Source: Squalus acanthias
Lineage: Eukaryota
Direction: 5' to 3'
Length of the DNA stretch: 64,000 bases
NCBI GenBank assembly: GCA_030390025.1
Contig: CM059432.1
Span: 75,456,001 to 75,520,000, forward strand
Shown here: piece after piece, positions 52,090 through 63,904 of the stretch
Numbering within the stretch: the first letter of the stretch is position 1
Layout: every line of letters begins with the position of its first letter
Program-made: the position numbers and the translations under genes
Notes under the pieces: generated by a model
Database searches by the model: none
What the model was told of the DNA's origin: nothing
The model's input: the letters and a program-made list of their open reading frames with translations, nothing else

Positions 52090-52981
52090 TGTCATGTATC
52101 TGGATTTTTGATCTTTTGTTTTCTTCACAAAAGATTCAGGATTGAATTATGTTTAAGTGTTGTGTTTTAAGAGAGAGTGAATTTGTACAGGTTTATTTTT
52201 TAAAAAGCCATAGGCTGTAGTCATTGAAGATATGTATTAAAGTTAGATGAGCCAGTTTGTGGAATGTCACAGCTCACAGTCTACTGCAAACTGATGCAAT
52301 GAGGATTAATTGTCTCATCCCAGGTCCATTAAACCAGGCTGTCCCTTATTCATATTGAGAATAGCAGGAAATGTTTTCTTTAAACTTGTACCGAAAAGAG
52401 GTGCAGAGAAGTTTTTATTGACTGGCCTGCAGATGAATCACTGACTATGGACGGAGTCAGAGAGACAGCCCTCCCACTAACTGAGTACACACAAAAAAAG
52501 GACAAAGCAGCATGTAATTATTCAGCCAACTAAATCTGGGGAGTAAGCCTGGCCTCGCAAGGAGAAACTTGCCCATTACTAACCCAGAGCCAGTCAGAAT
52601 CAGAAAGGCTGACACCTGCTAACAGGGACAGCATTTTTATTATTTTTATGTAGTAAGTTGAATCAGTGTGAAATTTGATTACCTCTGTTTCTCTATATGT
52701 TCACTTGCTCTCTGTAAAATGAAACAGCTTCACAATTTGTACCTGGGCTTATTTCACTGTGTTTCTTGGTCTTCCTTTGAAAAGATTACAGAGCTGCTTG
52801 TGAGGGAAATGCAAAAGCCACAATATCCTGTTTAGATCACAAGGGGGCTCTATTGTTACATCCATTGGTTATAACTAGATATTGGGCAGTACAGGCGCAC
52901 TCCTGAATGTGAGATGCTTGGACCGCTTATTGGACTGACCAGTACCTGAGAGGATCTACGGCAGACCTAAAACCTGCAACA
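52090..52981. mobile_element. Probable solo LTR, 892 bp
   Basis: TGT...ACA termini; 5-bp TSD GAGCA/GGGCA (1 mismatch); precisely interrupts the old CR1 RT. Confidence 0.7.
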
Positions 52982-53574
52982 GGGCACAATATCAAAATTT
53001 GCAAATGACACAAAAACTGTGAAGAGGATTGTAATTGACTTCAGGAGAATAGATTGGCAGGCAGATTTCAGATGGAGTTTAATGCAGAGAAATGTGAGGG
53101 AGGAAGAATAAGGAGAGGAAATCTACACTAAATGGTAAAACTATAAAAGGAGTAGAGGAGCAGAGAAATATACAAATCTTTAGAAAATGAGAGGTCAAGT
53201 AAGTTGTAAAAGCTTTTAAAAAAAACTTTTGGGATCCTAGGTTTTATAAATAATGGCATAGAACAGGCAAATGAACTAGGCAGCTAATCTCGGCAGTTTA
53301 ACCATGCACGGAGCACGCTGCCGTCAGTCAGGAACCCATTTTGTAAAGGGGCCTGAAATACAGAAATGCAATAGACCCCCATTTTGTAAATGCAGTGGAT
53401 CTAATGGCAGTTTTAGGTAGGCACCCTGGGCGACTGCAGGGCACCCTAACCAATACGGCATGTGGCGTATGCCTGGCATGGAATGAGCGCATGTACGCCA
53501 CAGCTATATCAGGCTCTTCAGTGCCTGATTTTCACCGGTAAAGCTGAGCGGCATGCTGCAATTTCTGTGCCTTT

Positions 53575-53750
53575 TCCTGGTCATTCATTTGCTGTTTATG
53601 GGCCCTTCCTGTGCACAAATTGACTGCATGGTTGCCTACGCAACAACAGTGACTGCACTTCAAAATGAATCCATTGGTTGTAAAGTGCTTCTGGGATATT
53701 CTGAGGTCAAGATAAGATGCTATACAAATGCAAGTTCTATCTTTCCTTTG
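53575..53750 (+). mobile_element. Deu-SINE 3' fragment (diverged)
   Basis: CTGTGCACAAATTG..ACAACAGTGACTGCACTTCAAAA..GCTATACAAATGCAAG. Confidence 0.7.
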
Positions 53751-53768
53751 TTGTATTAAAAAAAATAT

Positions 53769-54577
53769 TGGCCCCGGTATTTACTCAGAGCTGTGGAGAG
53801 AGCGGGGCTAGGATTTCCGGACGGGAAACACAGAAGCAAGGGTATCACGGATGCCCTGCTGAAATTAACAGCAGGATGTCTTTTAAATTATTTCTGCAGA
53901 TTTCGTGTCCGACAGCCAGACTGAGTGACAGGCTGGCTGCATCCGGGGGGCTGACAGTGGGCAGGGGGGAAGATTGCGGGCGGGGAGATCGCGGGGATGG
54001 TGAGATCGCGAGGAGGAGGATCATGGGGGGAGATTGCAGGAGGAGATAGCGGGGTAGATTGCGGGAGGAGATTGCAGGGATAGATCTCAGGCTGAGATCG
54101 TATGGGGAGATTGCGGGTCGAGATTGGGGGTGGGGGGGGAGAGATTGTGGAGCTCGGTGGGGGAGACCGTGAAGATCGGGTGGGAGATGGGGGGTTGTCA
54201 GCCAAACGCGGGGATCTGTGAAGAGGTTAGCTTGTTGGGCCTGCAGGAAACACTCCTGCTCCTCCTGGCCCACAAGCAGTGCTGTAAATGCAGTTACCTT
54301 ATGGAACGGCCCTTCTCACCTCCTTTTACCTGCTGGGTTTCTCGGGCCCCGGAATACCCGGCCATCATGAGTTAAAAATAAATCTCATGTTTAAATGGAG
54401 GCACGCAGCCTCCTTAAAAGATTTCAACCATCGACCTGCCTCCTGGGAGCGGATTGGTCGCCTGCCCCCGTCCCATTGGGTGGGTTGGAGGCGGGTTGGG
54501 GTCGGGATTGAAATTTAAAAGAAAATTACTTCCCACCTGTCCCAAATTTACCTGGTCTTGGGGGTTATAATTACCCC
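53769..54577. mobile_element. Harbinger-like non-autonomous element with G-rich core
   Basis: Shares motifs with 12050-13035 in opposite orientation (CTGCCTCCTGGGAGCGG, GGGTTTC.CGGGCC). Confidence 0.6.
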
Positions 54578-55189
54578 ATTGTTTCAGTGCGCTTCTCATA
54601 TTCCAAGTAACTAACTAAAGGATATGTTAAGACAAAATGACTTATTTTCCTTTGATTGTTAAATTTTCTCTGCTTGAATTTCTCTGTTATCAGATTGATG
54701 AGAGCAGATTTATCAGCAAATTAAATGCAGATGCAGTAATCATGATGCATTTTCAAGACTTTAACATAGGACTGTGTTGTCATTCCATTTAGCTTATATA
54801 ACAAACTCTACCGTCTTTACCAAGTTTGCAGAATTTCAGTCCGAGTTCCATTGCACTTGGTCTTTAATTCATCTGTAGTGTTCCAAGCAATCGAGCTACT
54901 TGTCAAAACGTTTCTGGACTAATGGATTTTTAAAAATAGAATGTAATGCAAATATGAACGACCGCACTTACTGGGTCATTATTCAAAAGAGTTGCAATTC
55001 TTCAAAGACATCTGTGACTTGTAATTTTGTCCTGAGTGCTTCTTGCTGTGTTTTTACAACTAATTTATTTACAGCTTGAGTACTGTGGAGATATCATGGG
55101 CCTTGTGGGAAAACGAGCTAAAAATGTCTTGTCACACAACTGGAGGATGTACTCATACAAAAGCGACAAGTCCTCACCAAGTGTAATGC

Positions 55190-55351
55190 CTGGAACTTAT
55201 GCAGGGCTTCTACCATAACTTCGGAAGAAGATTGACAGAAAGCCCAGAGAAATTACATAAACGGCCATTAATGCTGTTTCTCTGGGGTTTCTGTGGATCT
55301 TCCTTTAACGTTATGGCAGGAGATCAGGGAACCTCCACAGAAATTCTGCCC
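55190..55351. mobile_element. Palindromic fold-back MITE
   Basis: CCATAACTTCGGAAGAAGAT..CAGAAAGCCCAGAGAAA inverted against TTTCTCTGGGGTTTCTG..ATCTTCC..GTTATGG; half copy near 26735-26800. Confidence 0.6.
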
Positions 55352-55924
55352 TAGTGTTTCAGAATGCTTTTCCCCAGCAATAACCACAACTTGCATTTAA
55401 TGGTACCTTTAATGTAGTGAATGACCCTGACTGCTTCACAGAGGCAGAACGGACACTGAGTAGGAGAATTGAGGGAGGTTTTGCAAAGGCCATGGACTGA
55501 ATTAATTGCATTAGGGATTAGAAGCCAATGGAAGTTGCAAGAACAGGAGTGTTGGGGAGCAGAACTTTAGTGCCACATAAGACACAGATGGTGCAGTTTT
55601 GGATAAGTTAAAATGTATGTAGGATGGAGCAAGAGGGTTCAGTGGGAGAGAAATGTAGAAGACAAGCCTGGAGGTAACGAATATGTGGGTGAGGGTTTTG
55701 ATACCATTGGGGATGAGGTAAGGGAAGAGACGGGTGATGTTTCAATGGTGAAAATAGGCAGTTTTGGTGATGGATAGGATATGACATTTGAAGGGTAGCT
55801 CGGGGACAAGGCTATGCACCATTAGATTCAAGGAAGCGTGGTATTGTTTAAAATGATCCAGTCAGATCCGACAGTAGAACACCAGGCAAAATGAGCTCCA
55901 GGGGCACTCAAGGCCAGGGCCCTT

Positions 55925-56935
55925 CAAATTATCTACATACTGCGACTCGGCGACATCATCTGAAAACACAATGTCAGGTTCCACATATATACTGACGACA
56001 CCCAGCTCTACCTCACCACCATCTCTCTCAAACCCTCCACCACTTCTCATTTATCATGATGCTTGTCTGATATCTAGTATTGAATGAGCAGCAATTTCCT
56101 CCAACTAAATATTATGAAGACCAAAGCCATTATCTTCGGTCCCCGCCACAAACGCTGCACCCTAGCCATTGACTCCACCCCTTTCCCTGGCCATTATCTG
56201 AGGCTGAACCAGACTGTTCACAACCTTGGCACCCTATTTAACCCTGAGCTGAGCTTCCGACCCCATATCCTCTCCACCACCAAGACCCCCTACTTCCATC
56301 TCCGTAACATCGCCTGTCTCTCTCTCTGCCTCAGTTCATCTGCTGCTGAAACCCTTATGCATGCCTTTGTTACCTCTAGCCTCAACTATTCCAATGCTCT
56401 GCTGGCCAGCCTCTCACCTTGCACCTTCCATAAACTTCAGCTCATCCAAAACACTGCTACCAGTATCCTAACTCGCACCAAGTCCCGTTCACCCGTCACC
56501 TCTGTGCTTGCTGAGCTACATTGACTCCCAGTCCGGCAATGCTTCTATTTTAAAATTCTCATCGTTGTTTTCAAATCCTTCCATGGCTTTGCCCCATCCT
56601 ATCTCTGTAACCTCCTCCAGCCCTACAACCCTCTGAGATCTCTGCGCTCCTCCAATTCTGGCCTCTTGCGCATCCCTGATTATAATCACTCCACCATTGG
56701 CGGCCATGTCTTCAGCTGCCTAGGCCCTAAGCTCTGGAATTCCCTCCCTAAACCTCTCCGCTTCTCTACCTCTCTCTCCTCCTTTAAGACGCTTCTTAAA
56801 ACCTATCTTGTTTATTCTAATATCCCTTTACGTGGTTCAGTGTCAAATTTGGTTTGATAACGCTCCTGTGAAGCACCTTGGGATGTTTTACTACATTAAA
56901 GGCTCTATATAAATGCAATTTGTTATTGTTGTTGA
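55925..56935 (+). mobile_element. L2 LINE 3' fragment including RT DDTQLY motif
   Basis: GACGACACCCAGCTCTAC; ORF 56084 MSSNFLQLN..KTKAI; (TTG)n tail. Confidence 0.9.
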
Positions 56936-57894
56936 TGGTACGAACCAAAAGGAATAGTGGGGTTGGGAAACCATGTGAAACTTGGAGGGGATTAAAGAAG
57001 GAAAGAAAGACTTACATTTATATAGCACCTTTCATGACCTCAGGACGTCCAAAAGCGCTTTACAGCTAATGTAAAGATAGATGCAAGAGTGCTGTTGAGT
57101 AAGTAAACAGTATACAAAATGATTGTAGATTACAAGGCAAATGGGTTTATAATGATCTGTATGACTTGTCCATTAATCTGACTGATCAATTGTGCTTCTA
57201 ATCACTTTAATTGAAACAAATAACATCAAGATTCCACAAAGAAATGGATATAGAGGCAAAAGGGAAAGGGAATGGGTAAGCCTTTTAAATGGTGTGCTTC
57301 ACAGCAATAAAATAAATGGAGATGTTTGATGTGGATCTGTGTATTGTGATAACAGTCTGCTTCTTAGTATCATTCCTTGGTCACAATTATTTTTTTCTTG
57401 CACAAGCAATTCCAAGCACTTGAAAATGAATCATCTGTGAAATTTGAAGGAGTCATGCCTTTTGTTCAACATTCTAGATCTGCTGTAATACATGAGATAA
57501 AATAACTCAAAATGAAGTTTGGGTCAGGTAGTGAATCCTAATAAATGTTATGTCTTTTGAAGTAATATCGTTGCACTGGCAAGGAGGTTATATTTTTAAA
57601 TGAGTCAATTGTTGTACTCATTAACGTGAGGGATATTAGTGATGGAGAATGCAACACTTTTTATTTTAGTCACTCAGTGTCAGCGTCAAGTGCACCCAGA
57701 TCCAGATATAGCAGTTAGATGCACACTCTACTACACCGCTGTGATATTTTTCATTTCTAACACCAATCATCTTGCGGTCTCTCTGACTGAGTTTCTAACA
57801 GTGCTAATTAGCACTGAATTAGGGGGAGATTTGTGCTGTTGCAATAACACACCAAAAATGCTGCCAACTACCAATGGTCAATAAGCCAGAAAAA

Positions 57895-58520
57895 AAATGC
57901 AAACCAAGCACTAGGGTTTATTTCTAGAGGGATAGAATTGAAAAGTAGAGAAGTTATGCTAAACTTGCATCAAACCTTGGTTAGACCACACTTGGAGTAC
58001 TGTGTACAATTCTGGTTGCCATATTATAAAAAGGATATAGAGGCACTGGAGAGGGTGCAAAAAAGATTTACAAGGATGATACCAGAACTACGAGGTTATA
58101 CCTGTCAGGAAAGGATGAACAGGCTGGGTCTCTTTTCTTGATAGAGGTCTTAAAAATTATGAAAGGTTTTGATAGAGTAGACACAGAGAGAGTGTTTCCA
58201 CTTGTGGGTAGAGCAAAACTAGGGGCCATCAATATAAGATAGTTACCAAGAAATAAAATAGGGAATTCAGAAGAAACTTCTTTACCCAGAGAGTGGTGAG
58301 AATGTGGAACTCGCTACCACTGGGAGTGGTTGAGGCAAATAGTATAGATGCATTTAAGGGGAAGCTAGATACACATATGAGGGAGCAGGGAATAGAGGGT
58401 TATGCTGATAGAGTTAGATGAGGCAGGATGGGAGGAGGCTCTAGTGGAGCATAAATGTCGGCATGGACTTGGGCCGAATGGCCTGTTTCTGTGCTGCATA
58501 TCCTGTGTAATTCTATGTAA
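57895..58520 (+). mobile_element. CR1 3' fragment
   Basis: LVRPHLEYCVQFW..ERVQKRFTRMIP; ATTCTATG tail. Confidence 0.88.
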
Positions 58521-58539
58521 TTAATACTGATCCATTGCA

Positions 58540-59745
58540 TGCAACACTGGGTAACTAATCATTTGGATATGTTACTCGACAACCCTGTGGCAACTCCTCT
58601 TTGCCAAACCCTCTTTGCTGAGCTTCTAGCACCATATCTGCTCCATCACAGGGATTGCCTACTTTCACCTTCATAACATCGCCCGTCACCACCCCAACCT
58701 CAGCCCATCTTGCTGAAACACTCATCCATGCCTTTGTCACCTCCAGACTCAACTATTTCAATGTTTTCCTGGCTAGTCTGCCATTGTTCAGTCTTTGTAA
58801 AGGACAGATCATCTAAAACTCTGCTGCCCATATCCTATCCCGCTCATACATCACTCCTGTTCTTGCTGACCTACATTGTCTTCTAGCTCCCCAACGCCTC
58901 CAATTTAAAATTTAAAATTCTCATCCTGGTAGATGAACAGTGAGACCTAGGGGTTCAAATTTGTAATTCTCTGAAAGTGTGACTGCAGGTAGATGAAGCC
59001 ATAAAAGGGGCAATAGAATCTTGACATTATGAATAGGGGCATGAAGTACAAGACTGAAGAAGTAATGATGAATTTATACAAAAAATGGTTAGGTCACAGT
59101 TAGAGCATTGTGTGCAGTTCTGGGTGCCCTATTATAGAAAGGAGATTAATGGCATAGGGAGCATAGAGTAGATTGATCAGGATAATGTCAGGATGGGAAA
59201 TTGTAATTTTCAGGAGATACTTGAGATACTGGGACTATTTCCATTGGAGCAGAAAAGGCTAAAAGTGCTTTAAGAAAGCTTTTTAAAATTATGAAGAGTT
59301 TTAATAGAGTGAATAGGGAAAGACTATTTCCTCTGCTTGTGAGTCAGTGATGAGGGGGTCATCTTTCAAATTGTCACAGAGTGAAGTTAGGAGAAATTTC
59401 TTTATGAAGAGAATTGTTGGAGCATAGAATGCTTTACCACAGTGGGGTGGTTAAGGCAGAGACTATTGCATCTGTTTAGAGAAAATAGGATAATTATTTG
59501 ATGCAGAAGAAGGGGCCATAAGGAGAACTCATGGGGCCGTGGGATTAGTCTTGAATTGTTCTTACAACAACTGTAACAGACACAATGGAACGTAAGAACA
59601 GGAGTAGGCATTGAGCCGCTCGAGCCTGTTCCGATATTCAATTAGATCATGGCTGATCTATACCACAACTCCATTTGCCCATCTTTGTTCATCACTTGAT
59701 ATCCTTACCTAACAAAAATCTATTGATCAGAGTGTTGAAAATTTT
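58540..59745. mobile_element. Cluster of decayed L2 (+), CR1 (+) and CR1 3' UTR (-) fragments
   Basis: GCTGAAACACTCATCCATGCCTTTG (L2); TGTGCAGTTCTGG (CR1); GGAGTAGGC..GATCATGGCTGATCT (CR1 UTR). Confidence 0.7.
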
Positions 59746-59749
59746 GGTT

Positions 59750-62130
59750 AGAATCATAGAATGGTTACAGCACAGGAGGCCATTCCACCCATTGAGCCCG
59801 TGCCGGCTCTCTGCAAGAGCAATTCAGCTAGTCCCACTCCCCTGCCCTTTCCCCGTAGCCCTGCAATTTTCTTTCCTTCAGGTACTTATCCAATTCCCTT
59901 TTGAAAGCCATGATTGAATCTGCCTCCACCACATTTCAGGCAGTGCATTCCAGATCATAACCACTCGCTGCGTAAAGAAGTTTTTCCTCATGTTGCCTTT
60001 GGTTCTTCTGCCAATCACCTTAAATCTGCGTCCTCTGGTTCTCGACCCTTCTGCCAATGGAAACTGTTTCTCTCTATCTGCTCTGTCCAGACCCCTCATG
60101 ATTTTGAACACCTCTATCAAATCTCCTCTCAACCTTCTCTGCTCTAAGGAGAACAACCCCAGCTTCGCCAGTCTATCCATGTAACTGAAGTCCCTCATCC
60201 CTGGAACCATTCTTGTAAATCTTTTCTGCACCCTCTCTAAGGCCTCACATCCTTCCTAAAGTGCGGTGCCCAGAATTGGACACAATGCCCCAGTTGAGGC
60301 TGAACCAGTGTTTTATAAAGGTTCATCATAACTTCCTTGCTTTTGTACTCTATGCCTCTATATATGAAACCCAGGATCCCATATGCTTTTTTAACTGCTT
60401 TCTCAACCTGCCCTACCACCTTCAACGATTTGTGCACATATACTCCCAGCTCTCTCTGTTCATGCACCCACTTTAGAATTGTACCCTTTAGTTTATATTG
60501 CCTCTCCTCGTTCTTCCTACCAAAATGTATCACTTTGCACTTTTCTGCGTTAAATTTCATCTGCCACGTGTCCACCCATTCCACCAGCCTGACTATGTCC
60601 TCTTGAAGTCTATCACTAACCTCCTCACTGTTCACTATACTTCCAAGTTTTGTGTCATCTGCAAATATTGAAATTGTGCCCTGTACACCCAAGTCCAAGT
60701 CATTAATATATATCAAGAAAAGCAGTGGTCCTAGTACCGACCCCTGGGGAACACCACTGTGTACCTTCATGCAGTCTGAAAAACAATCGTTCACCACTAC
60801 TCTCTGTTTCCTGTCACTTAGCCAATTTCGTATCCATGCTGCCACTGTCCCTTTTATTCCATGGGTTTCAACTTTGCTGGCAAGCCTATTATGTGGCACT
60901 TTATCAAACGCCTTTTGGAAGTCCATGTACACCACATCAACTGCATTGCCCTCATCAACCCTCTCTGTTACCTCATCAAAAAACTCAATCAATTTAGTTA
61001 AACATGATTTGCCTTTGACAGATCCATGCTGACTTTCCTTAATTAATCCACACTTGTCCAAGTTACTGTTAATTTTATCTCGGATTATTGTTTCTAAAAG
61101 CTTCCCCACTTCCGAGGTTAAACTAACTGGTCTGTAGTTGCTGGGTTTATATTTACACCCTTTTTTGAACAAGGGTGTAACATTTGCAATTCTCTAGTCC
61201 TCTGGCACCACCCCTCTCTAAGGAGGATTAGAAGATTATGGCCAGTACCTCTGCAATTTCCACCCTTGCCTCCCTCGGCACCCTAGGATGTATCCCATTT
61301 GGTCCTGGTGACTTATCTACTTTAAGTACAGCCAGCCTTTCTAGTACCTCTTTATCAAATTATATCCCATCCAGTATCTCAACTACTTCCTCTTTCACTA
61401 TGACTTTGGCAGCATCTTCTTCCTTGCTAAAGACAGATGCAAAGTACTCATTTAGTACCTCAGCCATACCTTCTGCCTCCATGCATAGGTCTCCTTTTTG
61501 GTCCTTGATCAGCCCCACCTCTCTTACTACCCGTTTATTATTTATATGCCTATAGAAGACTGTTGGATTCCGCTTTATGTTAGCTGCCAGTCTATTCTCA
61601 TACTCTCTCTTTGCCCCTCTTATTTCCTTTTACACTTCCCCTCTGAACTTTCTATATTCAGCCTGGTTCTCACTTGTATTCTCAACCTGACATTTGTCAT
61701 ACGTCCCCTTTTTCTGCTTCATCTTACTCTCTATCTCTTTCATCATCCAGGGAGCACTGGCTTTGGTTGCCTGACCTTTCCCCCTCATGGGAATGTACCT
61801 CGACTGTACCCGAAGCATCTCCTCTTTAAAGGCAGCCCATTGTTCCAGCTCTGCCTGCCAATCTTTGATTCCAATTTTCCCGGGCCAGATCCATTGTCAA
61901 CCCACTGAAATTGGCCTTTAACAATTAGGTATTTTTACTCTAGATTGCTCCTTATCCTTTTCCATAGCTAATCTAAACCTTATGATATTATAATCACTGT
62001 TCCCTAAATGTTCCCCTACTGACACTTGCTTCACTTGACCCACCTCATTTCCCAGAACTAGATCTAGCAATGCCTCCTTCCTCATTGGGCCGGGAACGTA
62101 CTGGTCACGAAAGTTCTCCTGAACACACTT
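59750..62130 (-). mobile_element. 5'-truncated CR1 LINE (end of APE, RT, tail)
   Basis: ORFs 59878-60231, 60237-61172, 61630-61818; LLDLVLGNE; tail AGAATCATAGAAT. Confidence 0.93.
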
Positions 62131-62220
62131 CAGGAACTTCCCCGCAATTGATGTTAAACTGACAGATCTGTAGTTTCCTAGATTCTCCCTCTTCTTAAAT
62201 AATGTGCATTTTGCCTCCTG

Positions 62221-63097
62221 TGTTGTAACCTCTATGATTTTATCATCCTGCCTGGTTAACCCCTTGTAATCCAAACATTTGTCTGGATATTTTGATTCGT
62301 GACACTCGAGTTACAAAATATAAACTGAGTCGACAGCAACAAGATCCATACAATGGTGTTTATTCATGACTTTACCCGTTAACAATTACAATGTTTTACT
62401 TTCTAAAGCCTAATTGCGTTACTTGGATTACGTGGCCGGGGATATACTCACGAGGCTATTGACAATCGTGCTGGGGTTGATCAGACCGCAACTGATCGCC
62501 GTCAGAAAGCTGATCAGGCCTCTGCTCCACGAGACTTGAGCCCAACTGTTCTCCTTCCTCTCCTTCTGTTCCTTCCTGTTGACCGTAGGGACTAGCCTCT
62601 GGCCATGCTACTCTTGCTGTCTTATACTGTCCGAATACACCTTCTTGCCCGATACCAGACGTTTCCTGTGGTTTCACATTTTGATAGCTCCTTATCGAAA
62701 CTCTTGCTGACAAGTCTGCAGCTCCTTTGATATGCGGTTTCGTTTACTGATGCATTTCCTTGCTTCTGATGTCTGTGAGCTTGTTAGCCAGACATGCCTT
62801 CCAGGGTTGAATATACAGCCCAGAATCCGAAGCCAAACAAGTTTATGTTTTAAAAGTTTCTCAGAGGGCCTTTTCTTTAATTGCCCACAGCAAGCTTGGT
62901 CAATTTCTTCCCCCTCAAGCACCTGGAGAAACTTGTTGATTCAGGTGCTTCAAACGTGAGGCCCACAACCATCAGTGAATGATTATCAATAGCCAGAATC
63001 GTTCCAACAATTAGAAACTACACCCTCCCAAATCTGCCCACGTAACCATACATATATAATGCAATAAAGTCCCCTTCCAATGGGTTCTATTACAACA
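62221..63097 (-). mobile_element. 3' LTR of an env-bearing retroelement, 877 bp
   Basis: Perfect 8-bp terminal inverted repeat TGTTGTAA/TTACAACA; on minus strand TATAAG (62626-21), GTGAGT (62451-46), AATAAA (62364-59) in U3-R-U5 order; preceded by polypurine tract. Confidence 0.82.
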
Positions 63098-63118
63098 GTT
63101 TCTGTTCTTCTTTCTTTA
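63098..63118 (-). promoter_or_regulatory. Polypurine tract abutting the 3' LTR
   Basis: Minus strand AAAGAAAGAAGAACAGAAAC immediately before TGTTGTAA. Confidence 0.75.
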
Positions 63119-63734
63119 ACATTTTGAGCATGCGTTTAACTTTTTGCCTTTTACAACGATTACAAGATTCAATCAGCAAATACACAACAACGATCAATTG
63201 TATAACTACTAAGGCATGAGTTATTGTCCTGATTCAGGGGTGGATTTCAACGTTCATACCCACACTCCATCATGAATTAGTAGTTTTTATGTTGTTAATC
63301 TTTTGCCGAGTTTCCTGATTGTGTTGTTGTAACTGATAAAACTGCTTCCTGGATCATTCAATTTCCGTTCTTAGTTTGGTTAGGTGCTCCAGTAAAGGTG
63401 GGATGTCATAACCAAATCTAGAAACATACTTATGTAGTTCAGACTTAATTCTGTCTATTACGTTAATTCCCGTGACCTCTTTGTGTTGGTATATGTTCAC
63501 TAACTCTTGCATCCCTATCCTGACTGGCTTTGTCGGGGTAAAACAAAAACTTGGTCGTTTAATCTGACATGTGGTGTTAGTCCCATATTTGTAGAGTGTC
63601 TCACCGGTGGTTACACAATACTCACCCTTCCCTTGATACGCTATCATGGTGTGGAAAAACTCCACTCCGAATACTTCCATCGTACAATTAATTGTTCCCT
63701 TAGTTTTATTGAACCCACATAGTGAATGGTCATG

Positions 63735-63904
63735 AAATAACAACAGAAAATGCTGGAAACACTCAGCAGGTCAGGCAGCATCCGTGGAGAGAGAAACAGA
63801 GTTAGCGTTTCAGGTCTGGGACCCTTCATCAGAACTGGAAAAAGCTGGAGATGTAACAGATATTAAGCTGGTGCAGAGACAGCGGGGGGGGGGGGGGGCG
63901 GGGA
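63735..63904 (-). mobile_element. 170-bp Penelope terminal fragment inserted in env
   Basis: Matches 38420-38580; 11-bp TSD GAATGGTCATG (63724-34, 63905-15); degenerate hammerhead motif at 63800-63838. Confidence 0.88.

Larger units (their letters stand above)
42550..53260 (+). mobile_element. Ancient CR1 RT fragment in three pieces (42550-42940, 51903-52089, 52982-53260)
   Basis: KAFDK..KIKAH | IKGN..W..SVLGPLLF.IYI | GTISKFANDTK order is restored when both insertions are removed. Confidence 0.75.

Noticed and set aside
55075..55218. Acceptor-like TTTATTTACAG followed by LEYCGDIMG ORF
   Set aside because: No good donor; runs into a fold-back MITE
62456..62922. Two short ORFs after env as possible accessory genes
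   Set aside because: Non-ATG starts, lie inside the LTR across the TATA/R region, no motif support
63234..63356. Three TGA stops in env as APOBEC hypermutation or readthrough
   Set aside because: Too few events and mixed contexts; compatible with neutral CGA>TGA and TGG>TGA decay
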